From the NCBI GenBank assembly GCA_041838515.1, contig JBGYPP010000018.1, forward strand, positions 25,034 through 89,033: 64,000 bases of DNA. Direction: 5' to 3'. The notes beneath the pieces were generated by a model. The model was given only the letters and a program-made list of their open reading frames with translations. It was not told where the DNA came from and searched no databases. Origin of the DNA: Acetatifactor sp. (GTDB lineage: Bacteria; Bacillota; Clostridia; Lachnospirales; Lachnospiraceae). The position numbers and the translations under genes were made by a program. This document shows positions 8,518-18,391 of this stretch, piece after piece; position 1 is the first letter of the stretch, and the number at the start of each line of letters is the position of its first letter.

Positions 8518-10353
8518 CTAAGGGGATGGGCTGTCCTGGTCCATCCCCTCTTTTGCGTGCAAGGGTATGCGCAGCCGCACCTCTGTGCCGCAGCCCGGAT
8601 GGGAGGAAAATTCCAGTCCATAGGCCGGGCCATAGAGCAGCCGCAGCCTTTGATGGGTATTGTATATGCCTATATTGCTCCCCTTGCCAGGAGGCAGAGA
8701 GCCGCCGGGCAGGGCGCGGAGTTTGTCCGGCTGTATGCCCACGCCATCGTCAGAGATGACAAAGAGTATATCTCCCGCCTCCTGCCAGGCCATAATGACT
8801 ATCTCCCCGGCCTTTTCCTCTTTTTCAAATATACCGTGTTGTATAGAGTTCTCCACTATGGGCTGCAGCACCAGTTTGGGAATCTGTGCATCCAAAAACT
8901 GCTCCGGCACATCGATGAGAAAGCCGATTTTGTTTTCATAGCGCATATTCTGTAGGGCGACATACAATTCTACATGGCGCAGTTCCTCACGTATAGGTAT
9001 GAGTATGTTGCGGCGGCTGAGGGTCAGTTTGTAGAATTTGGACAGGGTCTGTATGGCCAGGGATACCTCTTGCTGTTTGCCGCTCTGGGCCAGCCAGTTG
9101 ATCATATCCAGCATATTGTAGAGAAAATGGGGGTTGATCTGCGCCTGCAAGGCCCGCACCTCGGATACCTTTAGCGCCTCGGCCGCTTTTTTCTGTTCAT
9201 CCAGGGATTTTTGCAGGCGGATCACCATGCGGTTGTAATGGGAGATCAGATGGCCTATCTCATCCCTGTCCCTGGCGCTCTCCAGCTGTAAGGGTTGTTC
9301 CTCCTGCTTGTCCATGGTGGAAATCAGCCTTGAGAGGCGGCGGGAGAGGCTGTCGGAGAGCAGTAGGGATATGGCTAGGGTCAGCAGTATAAAGAAGAGG
9401 TATCCGTAAGAGGCGGCGCGCAACAGTCCCTCCTCCTGGGAAAATATGCGGTTCTTGGGTATGACGGACACCAGACGCCAATCTGTCTGATGCAATTGGC
9501 GGTAGCTCAGATACAGTGGCTCGCCCAAGATGGTGGCCGTGGTAAAGGAGTATGAGCTGCCCATCAGGGCCGGCAGGGAGTCATAGCGCATGAAATAGGT
9601 GCCGGCCAGGCCGGCATGAGAGGCTCCGGCCAGGCTATTGCGGCTGTTGATGATATAGTAGACGCTCTCCTCCTCCGGACTGTTCTGTCTCAGCAGGTCC
9701 AGCAGAGGCTGTTTGGAGAAATAAATGGCTACATAGACCTTGTGCTCCCGGCTGGGGGTCTGCAGGGTGAATTTGCGTATATAAGCCATATCGCCCAGAG
9801 TATCCAGCTCCGGATAGCTGAGATAAAACTCCGGGCAGAGCAGGCTCTCGGTCTGGGGGGATCCAGAGAATATGCCGTGCCAATAACTGCCTAGTATATC
9901 AAAATCTGAGCGAAGAAACAGGCCGGCCTTGCCCGGCAGGGAAGGCATATCCGGAGCATAGATGCGTATGGCGCTTATCAGCTGTCCGTCAGTGTAGTCT
10001 TGCAGGCTGGAGAAAAAATCCAATGCCTGCGGGCTTTGCCAGACCTGGGCTTGCGCTTCCCCGGCCTGGGAATGGAGCAGATAATCCTGAAAAAATCTGT
10101 CGCCGGAGAGGCTGTCCATAACATGGCGCAGCCGGGAGATCTGCCCCTCCAGCGCAGAAGCTGTCTGGCTGACCAGCGCCTGGCTGGAGGCCAGCGTATT
10201 GCTGCGTATGATGGATGAGAGCCGGGTGTAGAGAAAGATGTAGAGAAAGAGGGAGGGAAGCAGCAATACCAGCAGTATCAGAGCCATAAACTTTCGTTTT
10301 AGCCGCATATGGTGAAAGAAATAATATAGGGGCTTGGGTGTCTTTGCCGGCAT
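8518..10353 (-). CDS. sensor histidine kinase, YesM/LytS-type (two TM, HAMP, His_kinase, HATPase_c)
   Basis: N-terminal TM, large extracytoplasmic segment and a second TM. Then ...QINPHFLYNMLDMINWLA... (H-box of the YesM family) and ...DDGVGI...GSNIGIYNTHQRLRLLYG... (ATPase). Confidence 0.85.
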   Translation of the reverse strand: MPAKTPKPLYYFFHHMRLKRKFMALILLVLLLPSLFLYIFLYTRLSSIIRSNTLASSQALVSQTASALEGQISRLRHVMDSLSGDRFFQDYLLHSQAGEAQAQVWQSPQALDFFSSLQDYTDGQLISAIRIYAPDMPSLPGKAGLFLRSDFDILGSYWHGIFSGSPQTESLLCPEFYLSYPELDTLGDMAYIRKFTLQTPSREHKVYVAIYFSKQPLLDLLRQNSPEEESVYYIINSRNSLAGASHAGLAGTYFMRYDSLPALMGSSYSFTTATILGEPLYLSYRQLHQTDWRLVSVIPKNRIFSQEEGLLRAASYGYLFFILLTLAISLLLSDSLSRRLSRLISTMDKQEEQPLQLESARDRDEIGHLISHYNRMVIRLQKSLDEQKKAAEALKVSEVRALQAQINPHFLYNMLDMINWLAQSGKQQEVSLAIQTLSKFYKLTLSRRNILIPIREELRHVELYVALQNMRYENKIGFLIDVPEQFLDAQIPKLVLQPIVENSIQHGIFEKEEKAGEIVIMAWQEAGDILFVISDDGVGIQPDKLRALPGGSLPPGKGSNIGIYNTHQRLRLLYGPAYGLEFSSHPGCGTEVRLRIPLHAKEGMDQDSPSP

Positions 10354-10383
10354 ATGCTCTCCTGTCCTGCCGCAGGGCGGCGC

Positions 10384-11952
10384 TTATCTGGAACGGGGGG
10401 CCTCCCTGTATTCTGAGGGGGTGAGCCCTGTCATCTTCTTGAACAATTTGCCAAAATAATGGCTGTCGCCATATCCCACCCGGGCGGCTATGCCTTGAAT
10501 TTTTTGGCTTGGATCCTGGAGGAATTCCTTGGCCTTGTCCAGGCGGTATTCTGTCAGATATTGATTGAGGGTGCTGCCGGTTTCTTGTTTGAACAGTGTG
10601 CAGACATAGGAGGCGGACAGATAGACATGGCCGCTGATATCCTGTATGGATAAACCTTCACTGTGATAATGGGTGGATATATAAGCCTTGATCTTGGCCA
10701 CCACCCTGCCCGCATCTCCCTGGGAGGAGATCTGGCTGCTCCAGCGCTGCAGCCGCTGGCAGGCTACCTGGTGCAGGGAGGCCAGGCTGGGAGATTCCAG
10801 CAAATGCCCCCAGGCCTCTGACGGACTCTCCGTCTGGGCCGGCATACGGCTTTTGCTCTGTCGCTCCTCCAGTATATCCAGCAGGCGGAAATAATATGCC
10901 TTGGCCTGGTGGGGCAGGGGATGGGGCGGCGCTTGAAACAGAGCGAAGACCTGATCCAACAATAGCTGGGCCTGCTTGGCATCCTGCTGCAGCAGGGACT
11001 CCCGAAAGCGTGGGGGAATGGTGGAGAGAACCTCTTCTCTTTGCTCCAAGCCGGGAGCATCCGGCTCCGGCTCTCCATAGAAATGTAGGCTGCCAGTCGG
11101 GGAGAAAAAGGCTTTTTGCAGGGCCAATACGCCGCAGGTATAGGATTCCGGACACTGGCCGATGCTATTCTGCACCGGGCCTATGGCCAGGTGGAAATCT
11201 CTTGTGTGTCCAGACAAATGGGAGCAAAATTCCTCGGCTAGGGAGAGGATTTTTTCCCTGTCCGGAGGGGAGAGGGACCACAGATGAAAGATCCAGAGAT
11301 GGGGTTGACGCAGGAAAAAAATGTGCCCAAAGTCATATTTTTCGCATAAGAATTCCATAATATTTGGGGGTGCATCCCCGTTTTCCTCTGTAGAAAAATA
11401 GCTGTACACAGGCAGAATCATGGTAAAAAAATAGTATTTTTTCTCAGTCAAAAAAAGCAAATCCGCATCGGAGAGCAAGCCTATTATAGAAGATTCATCA
11501 GAGAATTTTGTTAACCTTGATGCCAGGATTTCTCGGGAGCGGGATAGGGAAGTGGTGATTTTATCCCGGTTTTCCCTGTGCTTTTTTACATGGGATATGG
11601 CCTCTTTTAGAGCCTCCTCCAGTTCCGCAGGATCTATGGGTTTTTCCACATAGCTAAGGGCCTTGAGGCGTATGGCGGCCTTGAGATAGGCCTTGTCTGA
11701 GTATCCGCTCATAAAGATAATGGGCATTTCCGGCCGCAGCGCCTGCAAGCGGCTGGCCAGGGATATGCCGTCCATGCGGGGCATGCGTATATCGCTCAGC
11801 AATATGTCCGGCATGGCAGCAGAGGCCATGTGCAGCGCATCCAGGCCGTCCACAGCGGTCTGCACCTGCTCTATGCCCAGCTGTCTCCAGGGTAAAATCT
11901 GGGATATGCCCTCCCGCGTCAGCTTTTCATCGTCCACGATTAACAGCCGCAT
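10384..11952 (-). CDS. response regulator with AraC-type HTH output (YesN-like)
   Basis: MRLLIVDDEKLTREG...DILLSDIRMPRMDG is a receiver domain. C-terminal ...YLSASYVCTLFKQETGSTLNQYLTEYRL...IAARVGYGDSHYFGKLFKK is an AraC HTH. AAGGAGGGAGAA SD before the second ATG (11952). Confidence 0.85.
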   Translation of the reverse strand: MRLLIVDDEKLTREGISQILPWRQLGIEQVQTAVDGLDALHMASAAMPDILLSDIRMPRMDGISLASRLQALRPEMPIIFMSGYSDKAYLKAAIRLKALSYVEKPIDPAELEEALKEAISHVKKHRENRDKITTSLSRSREILASRLTKFSDESSIIGLLSDADLLFLTEKKYYFFTMILPVYSYFSTEENGDAPPNIMEFLCEKYDFGHIFFLRQPHLWIFHLWSLSPPDREKILSLAEEFCSHLSGHTRDFHLAIGPVQNSIGQCPESYTCGVLALQKAFFSPTGSLHFYGEPEPDAPGLEQREEVLSTIPPRFRESLLQQDAKQAQLLLDQVFALFQAPPHPLPHQAKAYYFRLLDILEERQSKSRMPAQTESPSEAWGHLLESPSLASLHQVACQRLQRWSSQISSQGDAGRVVAKIKAYISTHYHSEGLSIQDISGHVYLSASYVCTLFKQETGSTLNQYLTEYRLDKAKEFLQDPSQKIQGIAARVGYGDSHYFGKLFKKMTGLTPSEYREAPRSR

Positions 11953-12053
11953 TTCTCCCTCCTTCATCTCCGCAGATATACTGCGTTAAATACTATATAG
12001 CGCAAATGGGGGAGAAAAATCAAATAGAGAAAAGCGCTGTCATTACAAAAGCC

Positions 12054-12117
12054 CAAAAGATATTACCCCTAATCCAAAGATTATCCCGTATGGGAAATGG
12101 AGGGTCGGCGCTATAAT
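12054..12117 (+). promoter_or_regulatory. candidate activator-dependent promoter: direct repeats AAAGATATTACCC / AAAGATTATCCC plus a TATAAT -10
   Basis: Repeats at 12056-12068 and 12076-12087, about 20 bp apart, abut a poor -35. TATAAT lies at 12112-12117, about 27 nt before the GTG of the ABC ATPase gene. Confidence 0.3.
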
Positions 12118-12143
12118 GAATTTGCAAAGAAGGAGGGGCTGCC

Positions 12144-13703
12144 GTGTCAGATTATGTGTTGGAATTGAAAAATATTACCAAGATTTTTCCGGGAGTCAAG
12201 GCCTTGGATGGTGTGCAATTCGCCCTGAAAGCGGGGGAAATACACGCCTTAATGGGAGAGAATGGAGCAGGTAAATCCACATTTATCAAGGTGATCACCG
12301 GCGTGCATAAGGCGGATGCCGGTGAGATATGGTTGGATGGCAAGCGGGTGGAATTTAAGGGTCCTAAGGATGCCGCAGCCATGGGTATTGCTGCCATATA
12401 TCAGCATGTGACTGCCTATCCCCATTTGAGTGTGGCTGAGAATATTTTTATGGGTCATGAGATCAAGAAAGGGGGATTCATACAGTGGAAAGAGATGTAT
12501 GCCCAGGCGGATGCCTATTTGCGGGAGTTAGAGGCGGGATTTGACTCTACCAGGGAGATGGGGTCTTTGTCCGTGGCCGGACAGCAGATGGTGGAGATAG
12601 CCAAGGCCATGTCCATGAAAGCCAGGATTATTATTATGGACGAGCCTACGGCGGCGCTGACCAGACAGGAATCAGAGCGCTTATACCGGATCAGCGAAAA
12701 GCTCCGGGATGAGGGGGCGGCTATTATTTTTATCTCCCACCGCTTTGAGGATATGTATAGGCTGGCTACCAAGGTGACGGTATTTAGGGATGCCAGGTAT
12801 ATAGGATGCTATGATGTGGACGGCATCAGCAATGGGGATCTGATCAAGGCCATGGTGGGCCGTGAGATACAGGATATGTTTCCCAAGCCGGACATAAGGC
12901 CGGGCAAGGAGGTTCTGCGGGTGGAGGGTCTGTGCCGGGAGGGGTATTTCCAGGACATACACTTTAGCGTACGCAGAGGAGAGATATTGGGATTGACCGG
13001 ATTGGTGGGCGCCGGCCGCACAGAGGTCATACAGAGCATATACGGCATACATCCGGCGGAGAAAGGCCGGATATGGCTGGAGGGGGAGCAGGTGCGTATC
13101 TCCAGCCCCAGCCAGGCGCTGTCGTTGGGCATAGGCCTGTTGCCGGAGGATAGGCAGAGGCAGGGGTTGATTCTGGACTGGGGTATAGGCCGCAATATCA
13201 CCTTGACGGAGATAGCCTCCCTGGGCCGGCATGGGCTGACGGATGAAAAGGCGGAGAGAATGCGGGCGGCAGAGCTGGCGGAGCAGGTGGATACCAAGGC
13301 TGTGAGTATTTTTGACAAGGTCAGCACGCTCTCCGGGGGCAATCAGCAAAAGGTGGTAGTGGCCAAGATCCTGGCCTCAAAGCTCAAGCTGATCATATTG
13401 GATGAGCCCACCAAGGGAGTGGATGTGGGCGCCAAGGCGGAGATATACCGCATTATGGGTGAACTGGCCGGCCAGGGTTATGCCATTATTATGATTTCCT
13501 CGGAAATGCCGGAGATACTGGGTATGTGCGACCGTATCGCTGTGATGTGCGAGGGCAGGGTCACCGGTGAGCTGACCAGGGCTGAGGCCACCCAGGAGGC
13601 CATACTGCGGCTGGCCATGGCCAAGCATGGGCGAGGAGAACAGGGAGTTTCCGCCGGGGAGGGAGAAGATGAAAAAAATCGGATTATTCCTGAAAAAAAC
13701 TAG
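12144..13703 (+). CDS. sugar ABC transporter ATP-binding protein, duplicated ABC domains (RhaT/RbsA-like)
   Basis: Walker A GENGAGKST, signature LSVAGQQ, a second domain with LSGGNQQK and ILDEPTKGVD. GTG start after a GAAGGAGG SD. Confidence 0.9.
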   Translation: MSDYVLELKNITKIFPGVKALDGVQFALKAGEIHALMGENGAGKSTFIKVITGVHKADAGEIWLDGKRVEFKGPKDAAAMGIAAIYQHVTAYPHLSVAENIFMGHEIKKGGFIQWKEMYAQADAYLRELEAGFDSTREMGSLSVAGQQMVEIAKAMSMKARIIIMDEPTAALTRQESERLYRISEKLRDEGAAIIFISHRFEDMYRLATKVTVFRDARYIGCYDVDGISNGDLIKAMVGREIQDMFPKPDIRPGKEVLRVEGLCREGYFQDIHFSVRRGEILGLTGLVGAGRTEVIQSIYGIHPAEKGRIWLEGEQVRISSPSQALSLGIGLLPEDRQRQGLILDWGIGRNITLTEIASLGRHGLTDEKAERMRAAELAEQVDTKAVSIFDKVSTLSGGNQQKVVVAKILASKLKLIILDEPTKGVDVGAKAEIYRIMGELAGQGYAIIMISSEMPEILGMCDRIAVMCEGRVTGELTRAEATQEAILRLAMAKHGRGEQGVSAGEGEDEKNRIIPEKN

Positions 13704-14670
13704 CAATTCCAGGGAGATGAGCCTGGTCTTGGTATTGCTGGCCCTATGCCTCTTTGTCCAGATGCGCAACAGCTCTTTCCTGCAGCTGGGAACACTGGAG
13801 GATATGTTCCGCAATTACACTGTTATCTTTATACTGGCCCTGGGCATGATGTGCGTGCTGCTCACCGGGGGTATAGACATATCCATAGGCTCTTCTCTGG
13901 CGTTTTCGGGCATGAGTGCCGGCCTGTTGATGCGGGATTTTGCCATAGCCACGCCGCTGGCTTTTCTGGTGTCCACGCTGGTGGGAGGGGTGCTGGGCGC
14001 GCTGGTGGGGCTTTTGATTGCCAAGGGCAAGGTGCCGCCCATAGTGTGTACGCTGGGATTGATGAATATCTACCGGGGGCTGACCTATCTGATAGCAGAC
14101 AACCGCTGGGTGGCCGCCTACCAGTTTACCGAGAGTTTTAAGCGCTTTGCCTTATCCAAGTACCTGGGCTTTGGCCTGGTGAACAATATGATAGCGCTGA
14201 TGCTGTACTGCACACTGGCTTTTGGCCTCTGGCTGCGGTACACCACCTCCGGCCGGCGCATATATGCCGTGGGCTCCAATGGGGAGGCGGCGCAGGTGTC
14301 GGGCATCAAGACGGAGTGGGTGCAGATAGGTGTGTATAGTTTGATGGGTCTGCTCTGCGGTCTGGGCGGCGCCCTTTGGACCTCCCTGTACAAATCCGCC
14401 CAGGGGGATATGGCTGCCGGCATAGAGATGGACGTGATCGCGGCCTGTGTGGTGGGAGGCGTCAGCCTGACCGGAGGCAGGGGCAGCGTGGCTGGCGTAT
14501 TCTTAGGCGCGCTGACCATAGCCGTCATAGGCAAGGCCCTGCCTCTGATAGGCGTATCCCAGTTCTGGCAGAGTGCCATCAAGGGGGTGATCATCCTGGC
14601 GGCTGTGCTGCTGAATGTGCTGGCACAGAGGGCCATGGAAGCCAACAATAGGAAAAGGAGGGAGATATAA
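13669..14670 (+). CDS. sugar ABC transporter permease (RbsC/RhaP-like)
   Basis: Multi-TM protein with ...GGIDISIGS... and ...GGVSLTGGRGS... motifs of the RbsC family. ATG 13669 follows GGGGAGGGAGAAG. Confidence 0.85.
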   Translation: MKKIGLFLKKTSNSREMSLVLVLLALCLFVQMRNSSFLQLGTLEDMFRNYTVIFILALGMMCVLLTGGIDISIGSSLAFSGMSAGLLMRDFAIATPLAFLVSTLVGGVLGALVGLLIAKGKVPPIVCTLGLMNIYRGLTYLIADNRWVAAYQFTESFKRFALSKYLGFGLVNNMIALMLYCTLAFGLWLRYTTSGRRIYAVGSNGEAAQVSGIKTEWVQIGVYSLMGLLCGLGGALWTSLYKSAQGDMAAGIEMDVIAACVVGGVSLTGGRGSVAGVFLGALTIAVIGKALPLIGVSQFWQSAIKGVIILAAVLLNVLAQRAMEANNRKRREI

Positions 14671-15677
14671 TGGCCGGCAAATCGGGAAGAACCATACACT
14701 ATAAGCAGGATTTCTCTCCCAAGGCCTTTTTCCTGCAGTGGGAATGGCTGCTGGTGGTCATATTCCTGGGCGTGAATGTGATGAATCTCTATCTCTCCGA
14801 GTTCTACAGGAGCGTTCCGGGTCTGTTCAATGCCACCAACTCCTTTTTGGAGAAGGCCTTTGTGGCCCTGCCCATGGCCTTTGTGCTGGTGCTGGGGGAT
14901 ATAGATATCTCGGTGGGGTCTACGGCCTGTCTTTCAGCAGTGGTTCTGGCGTACTGTTACAATCTGGGTCTGCCCATGGGCATGTGCGTGGCCATCTGCC
15001 TGCTGGTGGGCACTCTCTGCGGCGCCTTAAATGGTTGGATATTGACCCGGTTCACAGAGTTGGCGCCTATGATAGTCACTCTGGGCACGCAGATCCTCTT
15101 CCGGGGTATAGCCGAGGCCCTGCTGGGGGATGAGGCTCGGGGCGGCCTGTCCAATGTGGCCTGGTTTTCCAATCTCTATTGGGGCAAGATAGGCATAGTG
15201 CCTATCATGTTTATCTTCTTCGTCATCTGTGCGGGGGTTTTTGGTTTTGTCCTGCATAAGACCTGCTTTGGCCGGCGGCTGTACGCCATAGGCGCCAACA
15301 AGACGGCGGCGCAATACGCCGGCATAGAGGTGCAGAAAATCCGTATGCTGGTGTTTACGCTGACTGGTACCTTTGCGGCGGTGACGGCTATATTCCTGGC
15401 CGCCAGAATGGGTTCCACCCGGGCGGATATCGCTACGGGATATGAGATGGAGGCCATAGCCATGGCGGTGCTGGGGGGATTTAGCACCTCCGGAGGCAAG
15501 GGAAATTTTGCCGGATTGATATTGGCCATATTTATCGTGGGCATGTTGCGCTATGGGCTGGGTCTGATCAATATCCCCTCCCAGCTGATGCTGGTTATCA
15601 TAGGCTTGTTGTTGATCATTACGGTGCTGCTGCCTCGCTTTCAGGCGCTGGTCAAGGGCAGGAGGCTGCAGGCATAG
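14670..15677 (+). CDS. sugar ABC transporter permease (RbsC/RhaQ-like)
   Basis: TAATG overlap with the previous gene. GDIDISVGS and GGFSTSGGKGN motifs. Confidence 0.85.
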   Translation: MAGKSGRTIHYKQDFSPKAFFLQWEWLLVVIFLGVNVMNLYLSEFYRSVPGLFNATNSFLEKAFVALPMAFVLVLGDIDISVGSTACLSAVVLAYCYNLGLPMGMCVAICLLVGTLCGALNGWILTRFTELAPMIVTLGTQILFRGIAEALLGDEARGGLSNVAWFSNLYWGKIGIVPIMFIFFVICAGVFGFVLHKTCFGRRLYAIGANKTAAQYAGIEVQKIRMLVFTLTGTFAAVTAIFLAARMGSTRADIATGYEMEAIAMAVLGGFSTSGGKGNFAGLILAIFIVGMLRYGLGLINIPSQLMLVIIGLLLIITVLLPRFQALVKGRRLQA

Positions 15678-15746
15678 GATGCTGACGGCCTAGGCCGTTT
15701 GGTATATATATCTAAGCCCTGCAGCAGGGGCGGAAATGGAGGAAGT

Positions 15747-16808
15747 ATGAAGAAAAAAGCATTGAGTCTGCTACTGGCTCTGAGCCTGATAGGCGGCAGC
15801 CTGGCCGCCTGCGGCAATCAGGGCGCATCCACGGGGCAGAGCGCCGCCGGCGCCGCCGGCTCGGCAGAGAGCGGCGTGTACGCCGTGGTGACCAAGTCGG
15901 CTGGAAATCCCTACAGTGAGAGGGAGGCCCAGGGCTTTGAGGAGGCCATGGCAGAGCTGGGATACAGCGGCCAGCAGGTGGTGGTAAAGCATCCTGAGTC
16001 GGCAACGGCGGATGCCCAGATTACCATGATCAATGAGTTGATTTCCCAGAAGGTCAGTGGCATAGCCATAGCGGCCAATGATCAGGATGCTCTGCAGCCC
16101 GTATGCGAGCAGGCCAAGGCGGCCGGCATAGAGATTATCTCCTTTGACTCCAGCCTTAACGCAGCCAGCCGTATGACCCATGTGAACCAGGCAGGCACCC
16201 AGATTATAGGCCAAACCCTGATGGATGCCGTGCTGGATCTGAGCGGCGGTCAGGGACAGTGGGCTATACTGTCCGCCACCTCCCAGGCTTCCAACCAAAA
16301 TGCCTGGATAGCCGCTATGAAAGAGGTGATGACCCAGGACAAGTATAAGGGGCTGGAATTGGTGGAGATCGCCTATGGCGATGACGAGTACCAAAAGTCC
16401 GTGGATCAGACCCAGGCTCTGCTGACCAATTATCCGGACCTGAAAGTGATTTGCGCACCTACCACTGTAGGCATTATGGCCGCAGCCGGCGTGTTGTCGG
16501 ATAAGGGATCTGCTGTCAAGCTGACCGGTCTGGGTCTGCCCTCCGAGATGGCCGATTATATAGGCGAGGATAAGGTGTGCCCCTATATGTACCTCTGGAA
16601 TCCCATAGATATAGGCCGGCTGGCGGCGTATACGCTGGTGGCTGCCTCGAAGGGTGAGATCAGCGGTGCGGCCGGAGAGAGCTTTGATGCCGGGGATATG
16701 GGTAAATATGAGATTACCGCAGCCTCAGACGGAGGCACGGAAATTATTCTTGGGCCTCCCTTCGCCTTTACTCCTGAGAATATAGAGGAGTGGAAGAGCG
16801 TATATTAA
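15747..16808 (+). CDS. sugar ABC transporter substrate-binding lipoprotein (rhamnose-binding RhaS/LsrB-like)
   Basis: MKKKALSLLLALSLIGGSLAACGN is a lipoprotein signal with a lipobox. Periplasmic-binding-protein type 1 fold features. Lies between the permeases and rhaM. Confidence 0.8.
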   Translation: MKKKALSLLLALSLIGGSLAACGNQGASTGQSAAGAAGSAESGVYAVVTKSAGNPYSEREAQGFEEAMAELGYSGQQVVVKHPESATADAQITMINELISQKVSGIAIAANDQDALQPVCEQAKAAGIEIISFDSSLNAASRMTHVNQAGTQIIGQTLMDAVLDLSGGQGQWAILSATSQASNQNAWIAAMKEVMTQDKYKGLELVEIAYGDDEYQKSVDQTQALLTNYPDLKVICAPTTVGIMAAAGVLSDKGSAVKLTGLGLPSEMADYIGEDKVCPYMYLWNPIDIGRLAAYTLVAASKGEISGAAGESFDAGDMGKYEITAASDGGTEIILGPPFAFTPENIEEWKSVY

Positions 16809-16865
16809 TATAATGTAGCTGATGAGAGGGCTGCCCCCGGGCGGCCCTTTCTCACAGCAGAAAGT

Positions 16866-17186
16866 GTGGCGCATATGGTGAAAATGTTTGTCATGCAATT
16901 ATACCCCGGAATGGAGGAGGAGTACGAGAAACGTCATAAGGATCTGTGGCCGGAGATGGTGGAGATGATACACGCCCATGGAGGAAAGAATTATTCCATA
17001 GCCTTAGATCCGGAGAGCCTAAAGCTCTTTGGCTATATAGAGATAGAGGATGAGCAGCTCTGGGCACGGGGGGCGGACACGGCCATCAACCGCCGCTGGT
17101 GGGATTATATGGCGGATATCATGGAAACCAATGAGGACAATTCGCCCGTGGCCAGGGATCTGCGGTTGTTGTTTCATTTGGATTAG
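16866..17186 (+). CDS. rhaM: L-rhamnose mutarotase
   Basis: About 104 aa. ...YPGMEEEYEKRHKDLWPEMVEMIHAHGGKNYSI...WWDYMADIMETNEDNSP matches the RhaM/YiiL family. The start could be GTG 16866 or ATG 16875. Confidence 0.85.
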   Translation: MAHMVKMFVMQLYPGMEEEYEKRHKDLWPEMVEMIHAHGGKNYSIALDPESLKLFGYIEIEDEQLWARGADTAINRRWWDYMADIMETNEDNSPVARDLRLLFHLD

Positions 17187-17236
17187 GGGGGAGGCCCGGA
17201 TAAGGGCGAAAGAAAGACCGGAATTTTTTGGAATTG

Positions 17237-17278
17237 GGGCTGTCGCACTAACTAAGTTAGCGCGATGCCCTTTTTTTT
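17237..17278 (+). terminator. intrinsic terminator after rhaM
   Basis: Imperfect GC-rich hairpin ggggctgtcgcactaac...gttagcgcgatgccc followed by T8. Confidence 0.6.
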
Positions 17279-17290
17279 ATACAAAGTTAA

Positions 17291-17335
17291 GGGGGTGTTG
17301 CAGTAACGATTTTTAATCGTTACTGCAACACCCCC
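17291..17335. terminator. perfect 21-bp stem / 3-nt loop hairpin between convergent genes
   Basis: gggggtgttgcagtaacgatt-ttt-aatcgttactgcaacaccccc. It lies 40 nt past the stop of the minus-strand DUF2812 gene. Confidence 0.5.
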
Positions 17336-17375
17336 AGTTTTGTTGGAGAATATTGGCGCCGGGGTTAAAGTGTGC

Positions 17376-17924
17376 TTATTCCCAGATCCTGGCCTCCTCC
17401 TGCTCCGGGGCATATTTTCTCCGTCTGCGCAGGCCCTGGAGGAAAAAGGCGCTGCCGGAGATCATCAATCCGCCGGCTATGGCCACAGTGATCCACAGAG
17501 GCAGGCCCCGGGAGGGGGCAAAGAACAGTGCCTGCGCCAGCGCAAAGAGGGCCAGCATGCACTGGGATATGCCCAGGGCAAAAAAATGCGCATTGGCCCT
17601 GTGCAGCTGTTTGGACAGATGGCTTTTTTCGCTGTAGAGTTCCAGCGGTCCGTCAGCCCGGTTCTTCCGCAGATACAGCCTGCCGCCGTAGGAGGCTGCC
17701 ACGGATATGCCCATCTCTTCCAGAAATGCCATATCATTTCTTTTCTTGGCGCCGGTATATGCGGGGAGGTCTATCTTGTAGATGTACTCTGCCGGCGACA
17801 TATCCTCAAACACATATTCTCCACTGTGATAAGCGGTGAGCATCAAGCCCCTGCTTCCCTGCTCGTTCAGCCATTCTTCTTCCTTTTGGATATCCAAAAA
17901 GGTTTTTTTGATATGGGTTTTCAT
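17376..17924 (-). CDS. DUF2812 family membrane protein (usual partner of PadR regulators)
   Basis: FLDIQKEEEWLNEQGSRGLMLT...EYIYKIDL...DGPLELYSEKSHLSKQLHR followed by two TM helices. 4-nt overlap with the upstream PadR gene. Confidence 0.75.
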   Translation of the reverse strand: MKTHIKKTFLDIQKEEEWLNEQGSRGLMLTAYHSGEYVFEDMSPAEYIYKIDLPAYTGAKKRNDMAFLEEMGISVAASYGGRLYLRKNRADGPLELYSEKSHLSKQLHRANAHFFALGISQCMLALFALAQALFFAPSRGLPLWITVAIAGGLMISGSAFFLQGLRRRRKYAPEQEEARIWE

Positions 17925-18247
17925 AAGCTGTCTCCTGTATAATTTGCCGCATTGTGCAGCATTTCTTCCAGACGTATGCGCTCCTTTTCAAAGAATTGCC
18001 TGCCTGTGTCCGTGATAAGATATGCGATCTTTCTGTCCTGGGGATGCTCCTCCATAGCCCGTATCCATCCCTTTTTTTCTAAGGTATCCAAAGCCCCGTA
18101 GAGGGAGCCGGCGCCCAACTGCACCCGCCCGCTTGTCATCCGCGCTATGTCCTTCATCAGGGCATAACCGTGTGCTGGTTGGTGCAGCCGCAGCAGGATG
18201 TAAAAGACGGATTCTGTGAGAGCGCCGCTGTTGGCTGATCTGCCCAT
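17921..18247 (-). CDS. PadR family transcriptional regulator
   Basis: LTESVFYILLRLHQPAHGYALMKDI...GSLYGALDTLEKKGWI is a winged-HTH PadR signature. AGGAGG SD present. Confidence 0.9.
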   Translation of the reverse strand: MGRSANSGALTESVFYILLRLHQPAHGYALMKDIARMTSGRVQLGAGSLYGALDTLEKKGWIRAMEEHPQDRKIAYLITDTGRQFFEKERIRLEEMLHNAANYTGDSL

Positions 18248-18272
18248 ATGGCCTCCTTTCTAGCTACGCTTT

Positions 18273-18284
18273 TCGATATATCGA
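18273..18284. promoter_or_regulatory. perfect 12-bp palindrome TCGATATATCGA in the PadR/cassette divergent intergenic region (candidate operator)
   Basis: Read directly. Sits about 25 nt upstream of the PadR start codon. Confidence 0.3.
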
Positions 18285-18391
18285 TATTTGTAATAGGCGT
18301 CAAGCTGGGATGTATTGACGAAAAAAGTGAATGCATAAATGAAAAATTAGCAAAAAATAACAAACAAACAATGAAAATGTATTTATTGTTA

